A DNA stretch of 64,000 bases. It comes from Gloeobacterales cyanobacterium (GTDB lineage: Bacteria > Cyanobacteriota > Cyanobacteriia > Gloeobacterales > PMM-0068). Made by a program: the position numbers and the translations under genes. Positions within the stretch are counted from its first letter, which is position 1. Every line of letters starts with the position of its first letter. Below are positions 52,466 through 61,404 of this stretch, one piece after another. Where the stretch lies: the NCBI GenBank assembly GCA_038245785.1, contig JBBRSB010000001.1:96001-160000 (forward strand), given 5' to 3'. The notes under the pieces were generated by a model. That model was not told the origin of the DNA. It saw only the letters and a list, made by a program, of their open reading frames with translations, and made no database searches.

Positions 52466-53227
52466 CTAAAGAATCGTTTTTGCGCCATCCACTAGAAGCG
52501 TGGCTCCATGCAAGAGTTCTGGAGCATCACTAGCCAGGAAGAGGGCTACCTGGGCAATCTCTTCAGGACGGCCAAGCCGCCCAATCGGCATCGTGGCGAT
52601 CCCAGCGGCCCGCGCAGCACCAGGATCTGCTTCAGTGTCAAACTCCCTTTGAAGCAGTTGGGTATCCACGGGGCCAGGGCAGAGGGCATTGATGCGAATA
52701 TGGTCCTTTGCATATTCGAGGGCCAAGGCACGGGTGAAAGATAACACCGCTCCTTTACTGGCACAGTAGGCGGTGTATAAGGGTTGGGCAACCACTGCCA
52801 ATTCGGAGGCTGTATTGATAATCACACCTCCCCCTTGTTGCTGCATCCCCGGAATAACCTGTTGGCACAGGTAAAAGACAGACAGGAAATTGACTGCCAG
52901 GGTCCTCTCCAAGGTTGCTTCTTGGACATGGACAAAAGGTTCAATGACAGAGATGCCTGCATTGTTATAGAGAATATCGACCCGCCCATAGGTGGCATAG
53001 CAATGTTTGACTACTTCCACTGCCGCATGGTGGGAAGAGAGATCGGCTAAGTGGAACTGAAAGCTCAGTTTTTGTTTATGGAGTCGCTCAGCAAGCTCTT
53101 GGCCTGCTCTCTGGTCACAATCGACGCCAAAAACGGACGCACCCTGAGCGGCAAAGAGTTCAGCCGCTGCTCTGCCAATTCCAGCGCCTACCCCCGTAAT
53201 CAGGGCAACCTTGCCATCTAATCTCAT
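52466..53227 (-). CDS. SDR-family oxidoreductase
   Basis: TGVGAGIG, NNAG, YCASK, GRLGRPEEIA. Confidence 0.93.
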   Translation of the reverse strand: MRLDGKVALITGVGAGIGRAAAELFAAQGASVFGVDCDQRAGQELAERLHKQKLSFQFHLADLSSHHAAVEVVKHCYATYGRVDILYNNAGISVIEPFVHVQEATLERTLAVNFLSVFYLCQQVIPGMQQQGGGVIINTASELAVVAQPLYTAYCASKGAVLSFTRALALEYAKDHIRINALCPGPVDTQLLQREFDTEADPGAARAAGIATMPIGRLGRPEEIAQVALFLASDAPELLHGATLLVDGAKTIL

Positions 53228-54226
53228 TCACACAGCCGTCAAGAAGGATACGCCAACAGCACCGATAAACTCTTTGGAGTCCTCAGAGGCTTGGGTTGGT
53301 GCCATGTAATCAGGGCTCATTACCCGCTCCACTCGGTATTTGTGGAAGTTCGCCAAGAGAGTACGCACAGGCAGCACTTGACCATCCCCTTCTCCATAGA
53401 GCGTTTCATGCAATGCAGGGAGTTCATACCAAGGGGCTCCTGTCTTCGTATGGTGAGCATTATGGTAGACAAAGTTCAACGTTAAGAGATTTAGCAAAGG
53501 ATAGCGTGTAGAAATTAAATTTGAATAGGTGTTTTGGTGCTCGTAATCTCGGTCACGATTTTCTATCCCTGGAGCCTCTTCATAGCCCTCAATCGCATAG
53601 GCTTCATAGGTGTGCTGATAGGCATCAATGAAGCGCATCGCATGGATGAAGATTAAGTATGAGAGTGCATATAAGAGAACTGCTTGAGGGGAAAGGAGTG
53701 CGAAAACCGATAGAAAGCCGACGCGGGTCAGAAATATAAAAATGACTTCAATTCGTCTCTCTTTTCTAATAAAGGCAGAGGCAACAACATAGGCTTTCAT
53801 GATAAATTCAACGGCTGGAACATAGGCCCACTCAAGCGCAAGTACTATTTTCCGCAAAGTGGGCTTTGTGCGTAAAAATTCTTTAAAATCAAACGTAATC
53901 ACGTCAGCACGGTCTACATGATGACGAATATGCTTATGTCTGAGGTCTTTAGATCTTGCATAGCAAGCTCCATTAAGCCAGCTTAAAAGAAGTACAAAGT
54001 TTGAATTCATCCCTCGGCGTCTAAAGATAGTTTCGTGCAGTAGTTCATGCGTAAAAAAAGCCGAATATATAAGGGTATGGGTGACTAGCAATACCCCTAA
54101 GAAGTTCCAGACAACTGATGCTTGAAGTAGCATCCATAGGCCAAAAAAATAGCCTAAGAAAGTATAGCTAAGCCCTAAGAAATTAGGCCAAAACCCGTCT
54201 GGATACCGCCAAACACTACTGGTCAT
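53228..54226 (-). CDS. Membrane fatty-acid desaturase-superfamily di-iron enzyme
   Basis: Three His boxes HELLH, HIRHH, HNAHH; multiple TM segments. Confidence 0.88.
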   Translation of the reverse strand: MTSSVWRYPDGFWPNFLGLSYTFLGYFFGLWMLLQASVVWNFLGVLLVTHTLIYSAFFTHELLHETIFRRRGMNSNFVLLLSWLNGACYARSKDLRHKHIRHHVDRADVITFDFKEFLRTKPTLRKIVLALEWAYVPAVEFIMKAYVVASAFIRKERRIEVIFIFLTRVGFLSVFALLSPQAVLLYALSYLIFIHAMRFIDAYQHTYEAYAIEGYEEAPGIENRDRDYEHQNTYSNLISTRYPLLNLLTLNFVYHNAHHTKTGAPWYELPALHETLYGEGDGQVLPVRTLLANFHKYRVERVMSPDYMAPTQASEDSKEFIGAVGVSFLTAV

Positions 54227-54455
54227 GAAACATGCCTCAGAAGCAAGAAAGAAAGAATTACTTAGCCTATTCTATGGCTTTCGCAGGTTTTTGCTCCTCC
54301 GTGCCACCATACGAATGCCTTTTTTGGACCAGACCTTCTGGGAACATAGCACTCAAGCAACAGAGCCCTAAAAGTCCATAATCTACTTTATCCCAATCGA
54401 TAGATTGTTTTCGTATTCACAGCAACATGCTGACTATGACACAGATGCAAAATAA

Positions 54456-54469
54456 GTAGCTTCCAATAC
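54456..54469. promoter_or_regulatory. Putative NtcA-binding site
   Basis: GTA-GCTTCCAA-TAC (GTA-N8-TAC) in AT-rich context, 56 nt upstream of the binding-protein gene; downstream -10 imperfect. Confidence 0.5.
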
Positions 54470-54525
54470 AATTTAAAAACTTTCTGAATGTTACTCCTAA
54501 TTAAAATATTTATGGTTCATTCGTA

Positions 54526-55551
54526 ATGCCTACAACAAGCCTTCCTCTGCGAGCTAGCTTTGCTATCTTCGCATTAGCTTCAAGCATTTTAATCACTCCT
54601 ATGGCTGCACATGCAGTTCCTGTGAAGGTGGGGGTCGTTACTTGGATTGGTTATGGACCTCTATACATTGCTGACAAGTTAGGCACTTTTAAAAAGTATG
54701 GCGTGGATGTAAAACTTGTTAAGTTTCAAGACCCGGCTTTAATTCCGCCAGCAATAGAAAGTAATGCCCTTGACGGAGGTACGCTGACCTATGATGAAGT
54801 GATTGGCGTTACAGCTAAAGGCTGGAAACATCCTGCCGTATTAACGCTTGATTACTCTAATGGAGCCGATGCGATTGTAGCTGATAGTTCTATCAAAAGC
54901 ATTAAAGACTTCAAAGGAAAAAAGGTCGCTTTCAATCCTTTGTCACCCTCTGATTTTCTACTTTCCTATGCTTTGCAAAAAAATAATATGACGGAGAAAG
55001 ACATAAAACCAGCCAATATGTCTCCAGAAGCAGTGCCTGCTACCCTCATCTCAGGAGCAGCTCCCATTGGTGTCACCTATGAACCAAGTGTGTCCCAACT
55101 CCTATCGGCTAAGTCCCAGCGGACTTTCAGGGTCATCTTCTCTTCTAAGGATGCTCCAGGACTGATCACCGATGTCTTATCCTTCAAGAAAGACTACATC
55201 AGCAAAAATCCAAAAGAGGTCAAAGCTATTCTTCAAGCTTATCTAGATAGTTTGGACTATATGAAAAAGAATCCTAAGGAAGCTAATGCTATCATCGGTA
55301 AGTGGATGGACCTCTCAGAGAAAGAAGTTCAATCCCAACTAACAGGGGTCTTTAATCCCAACTTAAAAGAAATGATGAGCAACTTCACCAAGAGCAATAA
55401 GATTGACTCTTTCTATCGCAGTGGTCCGCTTATTAGTGATGTTTTAATCAAGAAGAAGCAAATTACTAAGGGACCTAATATAGAAGAGACTATTGATACT
55501 CAGTTCCTAACCGAGCTGCTCAAACCTGCTCAGGTTTCTGCTAAACCGTAG
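54526..55551 (+). CDS. NitT/TauT (SsuA/NMT1-like) ABC substrate-binding protein
   Basis: Signal peptide ending AHA; WIGYGPLYIA, DYSNGADAIV, LITDVL. Confidence 0.88.
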   Translation: MPTTSLPLRASFAIFALASSILITPMAAHAVPVKVGVVTWIGYGPLYIADKLGTFKKYGVDVKLVKFQDPALIPPAIESNALDGGTLTYDEVIGVTAKGWKHPAVLTLDYSNGADAIVADSSIKSIKDFKGKKVAFNPLSPSDFLLSYALQKNNMTEKDIKPANMSPEAVPATLISGAAPIGVTYEPSVSQLLSAKSQRTFRVIFSSKDAPGLITDVLSFKKDYISKNPKEVKAILQAYLDSLDYMKKNPKEANAIIGKWMDLSEKEVQSQLTGVFNPNLKEMMSNFTKSNKIDSFYRSGPLISDVLIKKKQITKGPNIEETIDTQFLTELLKPAQVSAKP

Positions 55552-55606
55552 TAAGATCAAATCGTGAGTAGGAATTTTTAGTTATTGACCAATAGCCAGT
55601 AGCTCT

Positions 55607-56662
55607 CTACACTCCCAACCCCAGTTTTTCCCAGAGCGCATCTCGGCCCCCCTTTACACAATGCACCCGGCTTTCCTTCTTGAGGTGCGCCAAGACCCGA
55701 TTAATCGTCGGGCGGCTCACTGTTGGACAAGCCTTTTGGATATCCGAAATCTGGAATTGCTGGGGTAGACGAGCAATCGTGTCGGCAACCATCTCCCGTT
55801 TTGCTCCTTTCTGGGTTGTCACCACGCCAACCCGTTGCTCAAACCCGCGGTAGGCACTCAATACCACGCCCAGAAAATATTCCCACCAGGGCAACAGCTC
55901 ATGCTCTCCTTCATGCCATCTTTGAGAACATCGCTGAAGCGTTTCATCGTAACTTTCCTTCGTGCGCTCTATGATCGCTTCTAAGCTGATGTACCGCCCC
56001 ACTTCATATCCAGCTTGGTACAGCAATAACAACGACAACAGCCGCGCCATACGACCATTTCCATCTAAGAAAGGATGGACGCACAGAAAATCTAAGCTAC
56101 AGGTCGCAATCAGCAACAGGGGCTCAATCGTTCCTTCCTGCCAGTACTGATTAAAGTGCCCATGGAGTTCCTGCATCGCCTGAGGTGTGAGGTAAGCCGG
56201 AACGGGACGAAAGCGCACAACCGTTGTTCCATCGGCACGAGTTTCTCGAATATCGTTGTCAGATCCTTTCCAGACCCCGCCTTGAATCGGCAGAAACTGG
56301 GTTAAATCCCGATGGAGTTGCAGCACCAGACCAGGGGTAAAGGTCATGCCGTCATAGTTTGCATGGATGCTATTTAGCACCTCCCGATAGCCCAAGATCT
56401 CCTGCTCGGAGCGACTTTGGGGACTAACTTTATCCGCCATCAACAACTGGAGACGTTGGGGCACGGTGGCAATCCCCTCAATGCGGTTAGACGATTCCGT
56501 ACTTTGAATCACGGCAATCTGTCTCAAGCTTTCTAAAACCTGAGGCGACTGATTTTGAAACAGTGCTTGCTTCCCCTTGTACTCGCCCAACAGCCGAATG
56601 GTCTGCAAGAGCGATTGGGGAATCGGTTGACGTTCAATGACACCAGAAACAAAGGATTGCAT
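55607..56662 (-). CDS. Fic-family AMPylase with C-terminal winged helix
   Basis: STESSNRIEG, canonical HPFLDGNGRMARL, C-terminal VSRPTINRVL HTH. Confidence 0.93.
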   Translation of the reverse strand: MQSFVSGVIERQPIPQSLLQTIRLLGEYKGKQALFQNQSPQVLESLRQIAVIQSTESSNRIEGIATVPQRLQLLMADKVSPQSRSEQEILGYREVLNSIHANYDGMTFTPGLVLQLHRDLTQFLPIQGGVWKGSDNDIRETRADGTTVVRFRPVPAYLTPQAMQELHGHFNQYWQEGTIEPLLLIATCSLDFLCVHPFLDGNGRMARLLSLLLLYQAGYEVGRYISLEAIIERTKESYDETLQRCSQRWHEGEHELLPWWEYFLGVVLSAYRGFEQRVGVVTTQKGAKREMVADTIARLPQQFQISDIQKACPTVSRPTINRVLAHLKKESRVHCVKGGRDALWEKLGLGV

Positions 56663-56888
56663 AAGTCCCTAAACATGATCACATGAGTCCTAGATGATCA
56701 TGTTAACGAGATCATGATCACATTGCTCGGCATAGACCAAAAAGATTAACTTTTCTTCCCATGTAAGATAGTTTGGCCTTCTGTCCACGACTGTCACAGG
56801 CGATTGCCCCTTCGCAAAGCCTGCGTGGCCTACCCCATAGTCATTCCAGACCTGCTCCAAAAGACGAATTTATAAGAATTTCAGTATG
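56466..56888. repeat. Copy 1 of a ~400-bp direct repeat (fic 5' end plus upstream region)
   Basis: Aligns with 57750-58156; near-identical over the first ~260 bp, then diverging. Confidence 0.85.
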
Positions 56889-57020
56889 TCTTTGATCTCG
56901 ATTTTGAGGATCCGTTACTGGATAAAGCCTAAAAGCGTCGGAGGAGTTAGACTCAGAATCAAGGCATTGCTCGGTGCCAGGAACATACACTACGATATGG
57001 CAGATGAAGAAGGAGAGAAA

Positions 57021-57257
57021 ATGCTGAATGGACTTCGGCAAAAAACAGTCGTGCAGCCCGATGGTGTAGTTACCATTCAATCATCGGAATTACCGTTAGG
57101 AGCGACAGTGGAAGTCATTGTTCTCGTAGAACCGCAGCCGTCTGAACTTCCAGAACTTAGCCTTACGAGTTTAATCGGCACGGCTAAAGGCAGCTTTGCA
57201 ACACCTGAAGAGGCAGATCGGTTTATTCGACAAGAACGGGATTCATGGGAATCCTAG
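57021..57257 (+). CDS. Putative antitoxin (AbrB-like N-terminus)
   Basis: AAGGAG RBS; VVQPDGVVTI..LPLGATVEVIVLV; ends ADRFIRQERDSWE and overlaps the PIN gene. Confidence 0.75.
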   Translation: MLNGLRQKTVVQPDGVVTIQSSELPLGATVEVIVLVEPQPSELPELSLTSLIGTAKGSFATPEEADRFIRQERDSWES

Positions 57258-57688
57258 ACATCATTCAGGGCAATTTGGTGTATCTGGATGTCAATATCTG
57301 GATATATGCCTTGGAGGGCTACCCTGATTTTTGGGAGGAGATAACGCTGCTCTTTCAGGCTATTGATCGAGGAAATTTGAAAGCAGTCACGAGCGAACTG
57401 TCTTTGGCAGAAGCTTTAGTCAAGCCTATGCAACTCCAGAATGAATCCCTTCAAAAAGCTTACAAGACAGCGATATCCAACCGTCAAAATGTTGCAGTCC
57501 TTCCGGTGGAGCGCGAGATTTTGATTCAAGCTGCTCAATTGCGCTCAACGAGTAAGTTAAAACTCCCCGATGCGATTCATGGAGCTACTGCACTGAAAGC
57601 TCAATGCACTTCATTTTTGACCAATGACCGAGCTTTTAAGGAAATCACTAATCTTCATACTGTGCTTTTGTCAGAGGTCATTGAATGA
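57245..57688 (+). CDS. VapC-family PIN-domain toxin
   Basis: YLDVNIWIY, SELSLAE, KLPDAIHGATA, FLTND. Confidence 0.9.
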   Translation: MGILDIIQGNLVYLDVNIWIYALEGYPDFWEEITLLFQAIDRGNLKAVTSELSLAEALVKPMQLQNESLQKAYKTAISNRQNVAVLPVEREILIQAAQLRSTSKLKLPDAIHGATALKAQCTSFLTNDRAFKEITNLHTVLLSEVIE

Positions 57689-57749
57689 AAAACAGATTGA
57701 TAAATTTTTGCCTAAATAGTTAGCAGATTCTAAGAAGAGCTAGACAGGA

Positions 57750-57947
57750 GTGGCAATCCCCTTAATGCAGTTAGACGATTCTGTATTTTGAATCACGGCA
57801 ATCTGTCTCAATGTTTCTAAAACCTGAGGTGACTGATTTTGAAACAGCGCTTACTTCCCCTTACGCTCGCCCAACTGCCGAATAGTCTGCAAGAGCGATT
57901 GGGGGAATCGGTTGACGTTCAATGACACCGGACACAAAAGATTGCAT
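57750..57947 (-). pseudogene. Truncated, frameshifted duplicate of the fic 5' end (repeat copy 2 extends to ~58156)
   Basis: Extra G (ggggg vs gggg) and a CAA>TAA change relative to the intact copy; about 65 codons retained. Confidence 0.85.
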
Positions 57948-58170
57948 AAGTCCCTAAACGTGATCACATGAGTCCTAGATGATCATGTTAACGAGATCAT
58001 GATCACATTGAGCGACGCTAATCAAAAAGATTAACTTTTCTTCCCATATGAGATAGCTTGGCCTTCTTATCACGGGTGACCGCCCCCTCAAAGAACCTAC
58101 AATGCTTATTCCGTAGTCACTTCAGACCCGCATCAAGAGATTGACATTTCAGTATCTACATCCCTGAGTG

Positions 58171-61100
58171 CTACTTCCCGGCATAGTTTTTGCAGGTTTG
58201 CTTTGCTTCCTTTGCCACATCAGTTTTAGGCTGAATAAGGCTGGGATTGTCGCGCAACTGATCGCAGGCGATTTGCAGTGAATGTTTCCAAGAAATATCC
58301 CAGATCCTTACCGTTCCGCCCTTGCTCCCACTTAAGATACGTTTGCCATCCGGACTGAACGCCACTGAAGTGACCAAAACATTATTATATTTGGAGAATT
58401 TGCCGATTTTGGAGGGTTGGCCGATTTTGAAAGGTTTGCCAATGGCTTCACCCGTGACGGCATTCCAAATCCTTACTGTCTTGTCGTTACTACCATTGAC
58501 AATGCGTTGGCCATCCGGACTAAATGCCACTGAAGTGACTGTATCCTCATCTTTGATGGGTTTGCCGATCGCTCCTACTGTGGCCACATTCCAAATCCTT
58601 ACTGTCTTGTCATTACTTCCACTGACAATACGTTGGCCATCGGGGCTGAACGCCACTGAATTAACATTAGCCTCATGACCGTTGAAAGGCCTGCCGATAG
58701 GTTGTCCCGTAGCCGCATCCCAAATCCTTATCGTTCCATCCCTACTACTACTTAAGATGCGTTTGCCATCGGGACTGAACGCAACTGAAGTGACTAAAAC
58801 ATCATAATATTTGGAGGGGTTAACAATTTTGGAGGGTTGGCCGAGTATGAAAGGTTTGCCAATGGCTTCACCCGTGGTCGCATTCCCAATCCTTACTGTT
58901 CCGTCATAACTAACACTTAAGATGCGTTTGCCATCGGGGTTGAACGCCACAGAAGTGATCCCATACTCATTACCTTTCAAAGGTAAAGGTTTGCCAATAG
59001 CTTCAGTCGTAGCTGCATTCCAAATCCTTACCGTTCCGCCAAGCCTGCCACTAACAATGTCTTTGCCATTAGGACTAAACGCTACTGAAGTGACTGTATC
59101 ATCCTCTTTAATCGGTTTACCCAGGGGCTTACCAGTGGCAGCTTCCCAAACCCGTATCGTTTTGTCCTCACTGCCACTGACGATGCGTTTGCCATCAGGA
59201 CTGTACGCCACTGACTTAACAACATCCGTATGCCCTTTGAGGGGTTGGCCGATGGGTTGGCCCGTAGCCGCATCCCAAATCCGTACTGTATTGTCCTTAT
59301 TAGTTCTTAAATAATCACTACTGCCACTGACGATACGTTTGCCATTAGGACTAAACGCCACTGCATTGACCGACTTCGTGTGTCCTATGAGGGCCTTGCC
59401 GATAGGTTCTCCTGTAGCCGCATCCCAAATCCTTACCGTTCCATCACGACTGCCACTGACAATGTGTTTACTATTGGGACTAAATGCAACTGAATTAACT
59501 TCAGCTTCATGGTGTAATTGATTTTGCTCCTGATTTTCCCGTATGACATCCAGTAAGCTCCCATACACAGCCTCAAATTGAGGCTGGTCAGAAAATAGAG
59601 CAAAAGCAGATTGACTCAAACCAGTTGCTGCAATTGCATTGATTTCTGCGTTTACAGGTTGGCTTGAAAGCAAAATTTCCGCATTTGTAGCCAACTGTTC
59701 AGCCCGCTGCCGCTGGGTCTGCTGCCCCTGATATGACGCAAAGGTTAATAAACCCAAAGTCAGCACAAGTCCTGTACTCAGGAATCCAAACCAAAGCTTT
59801 TGCTGTCGCCTATGCTCCCTCTCATCCTTCTCAGCTGCCTGCTTTTGGGCTTGTTCCAAATCGATAGAGGCCTTAAAAAGCTCGACTTGCAGCGGGGTCA
59901 TATCATCACCATCTCGGTCATAGTATTGCCGCAGCAAATCCAGATCGGGCGATCTCCAGAGGTTGCCCTCTGGTCGTCCATTTTTGCGCCAATAGATAGC
60001 CGATTCATCCAGTCGCCGTTGAAAGCGCAGATCGCTGCGACCGTTATCAAGCCACTTCTTCAATTGATCCCAGTTATCGAATAATGCCTCGTGGGTCACT
60101 TCAACAGTTTCTGAACTAGCATCGCCATCAGAGGCCAACGTAATTAGACGCGCACTAGGATCAGCAAACCGAGCAATCACCTGTCTGACCTCTTCAGGAC
60201 GGTCTCGATATGAAATCATTTGCTGAAGAGCTGTTCGACGACGTGTGTCTTTTGTCCCTTCTCCCAGTTGAACAAGTCCTAAAAACATCCGCCGCGCAAT
60301 ATTTTGTTCGTCAGGATTGAGATCCGAGTAGATCCGTTGTGCTTCTCCGGCCAGTGCCCCACCTACACCGCCAATTTCCGTCAGTGTCTGCGAGGGTTTC
60401 TTGCCATTTGTTAGTCCTTCCCAAATCCGTGTCAGGGCAAACTGGAGCAAGGGTAAAGCACCTTCCCGTCCTTCAGTCTGTTCAACCAGCAAGCTAACAG
60501 TAGATTCATCCAGGGCGTGTCCTGCCTGTTCCGCTGGTTTACGAATGGCGTCTCGGAGTCCATCCACACTCAGGGCAGAGACAAAAGACCCCTGCTCAGC
60601 AATCAATTGATTTAGCTGAGGATATTTCTGGGTTGCACCCAAAAAGTCGCTCCGCAGGGTAACGATCGCAGAAACCCTTTTTGCCAGGTCCTTAGATGCG
60701 CAAAGCAAATTCCCAATAAACGCATCGCGCTCAGCCTCATCTTCGCAAAGAGTATAAACCTCCTCCAATTGATCCGCCAAAACTATGAGCGGAGAGATAG
60801 CAATATCCGGCAACACATCCGCAATCCGACGTAACCCGTCATATTCGCCGTTTGCATTTTTCTTAGCCAGTTCCTCAGCAAACTCACGGGTCTTCGCCAC
60901 AGGGGTAAGGTCATTGGTCGCAATTCGTGCCAGAACTGTCGCTAGTGCTTCTAAGGGATGACTTCCAGGCACCAGCACTGCAACCTTAGGGTGCTCACGT
61001 CCAGGCAATGGTCGTCTATCTAGTTCCGGTATCAACCCTGCTCTTGCCAAGGAAGACTTTCCCGAACCCGATGGACCATAAATTGGCAATAGACGAATAG

Positions 61101-61404
61101 CAGATGGGGAATCATGCAGACTTCTGAACTTCGCCCAAAGCTCCTGGATTTGTTTCTTTCTTCCAAAAAAGCGCTCACCGTCCGTTTCTTGAAAGGCCAA
61201 CAATCCTTTGTAAGGGTTTGGACCCATTTTTTTGTCAGGTTTGACATCAGACTCTTTCGGCTCAATCGGTACATTGTTATAGATGACCGTTCCATAGACC
61301 ACCATCCCGCCGCTAAGCACCTGCCCAATGGTCTGGTTGCGATCGCCCTTCACATTCTGGTTAATCGGTGGATCTGAGTCTGGAGTAAGAGGAGAATCAG
61401 GCAT
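58171..61404 (-). CDS. NLR-like STAND NTPase (nSTAND1-type) with N-terminal amyloid-like motif, TM helix and WD40 repeats
   Basis: NPYKGLLAF..FFGR, Walker A GPSGSGKSS, Walker B IVLADQLEE, LRSDF, GALPLLQFAL, VTHEAL; TM LWFGFLSTGLVLTLGLLTFASY; nine WD40 repeats. Confidence 0.92.
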   Translation of the reverse strand: MPDSPLTPDSDPPINQNVKGDRNQTIGQVLSGGMVVYGTVIYNNVPIEPKESDVKPDKKMGPNPYKGLLAFQETDGERFFGRKKQIQELWAKFRSLHDSPSAIRLLPIYGPSGSGKSSLARAGLIPELDRRPLPGREHPKVAVLVPGSHPLEALATVLARIATNDLTPVAKTREFAEELAKKNANGEYDGLRRIADVLPDIAISPLIVLADQLEEVYTLCEDEAERDAFIGNLLCASKDLAKRVSAIVTLRSDFLGATQKYPQLNQLIAEQGSFVSALSVDGLRDAIRKPAEQAGHALDESTVSLLVEQTEGREGALPLLQFALTRIWEGLTNGKKPSQTLTEIGGVGGALAGEAQRIYSDLNPDEQNIARRMFLGLVQLGEGTKDTRRRTALQQMISYRDRPEEVRQVIARFADPSARLITLASDGDASSETVEVTHEALFDNWDQLKKWLDNGRSDLRFQRRLDESAIYWRKNGRPEGNLWRSPDLDLLRQYYDRDGDDMTPLQVELFKASIDLEQAQKQAAEKDEREHRRQQKLWFGFLSTGLVLTLGLLTFASYQGQQTQRQRAEQLATNAEILLSSQPVNAEINAIAATGLSQSAFALFSDQPQFEAVYGSLLDVIRENQEQNQLHHEAEVNSVAFSPNSKHIVSGSRDGTVRIWDAATGEPIGKALIGHTKSVNAVAFSPNGKRIVSGSSDYLRTNKDNTVRIWDAATGQPIGQPLKGHTDVVKSVAYSPDGKRIVSGSEDKTIRVWEAATGKPLGKPIKEDDTVTSVAFSPNGKDIVSGRLGGTVRIWNAATTEAIGKPLPLKGNEYGITSVAFNPDGKRILSVSYDGTVRIGNATTGEAIGKPFILGQPSKIVNPSKYYDVLVTSVAFSPDGKRILSSSRDGTIRIWDAATGQPIGRPFNGHEANVNSVAFSPDGQRIVSGSNDKTVRIWNVATVGAIGKPIKDEDTVTSVAFSPDGQRIVNGSNDKTVRIWNAVTGEAIGKPFKIGQPSKIGKFSKYNNVLVTSVAFSPDGKRILSGSKGGTVRIWDISWKHSLQIACDQLRDNPSLIQPKTDVAKEAKQTCKNYAGK

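Noticed and set aside
58290..59515. Regularly spaced DNA repeats resembling a CRISPR array
   Set aside because: They are in-frame WD40 coding repeats, with no unique spacers or cas genes
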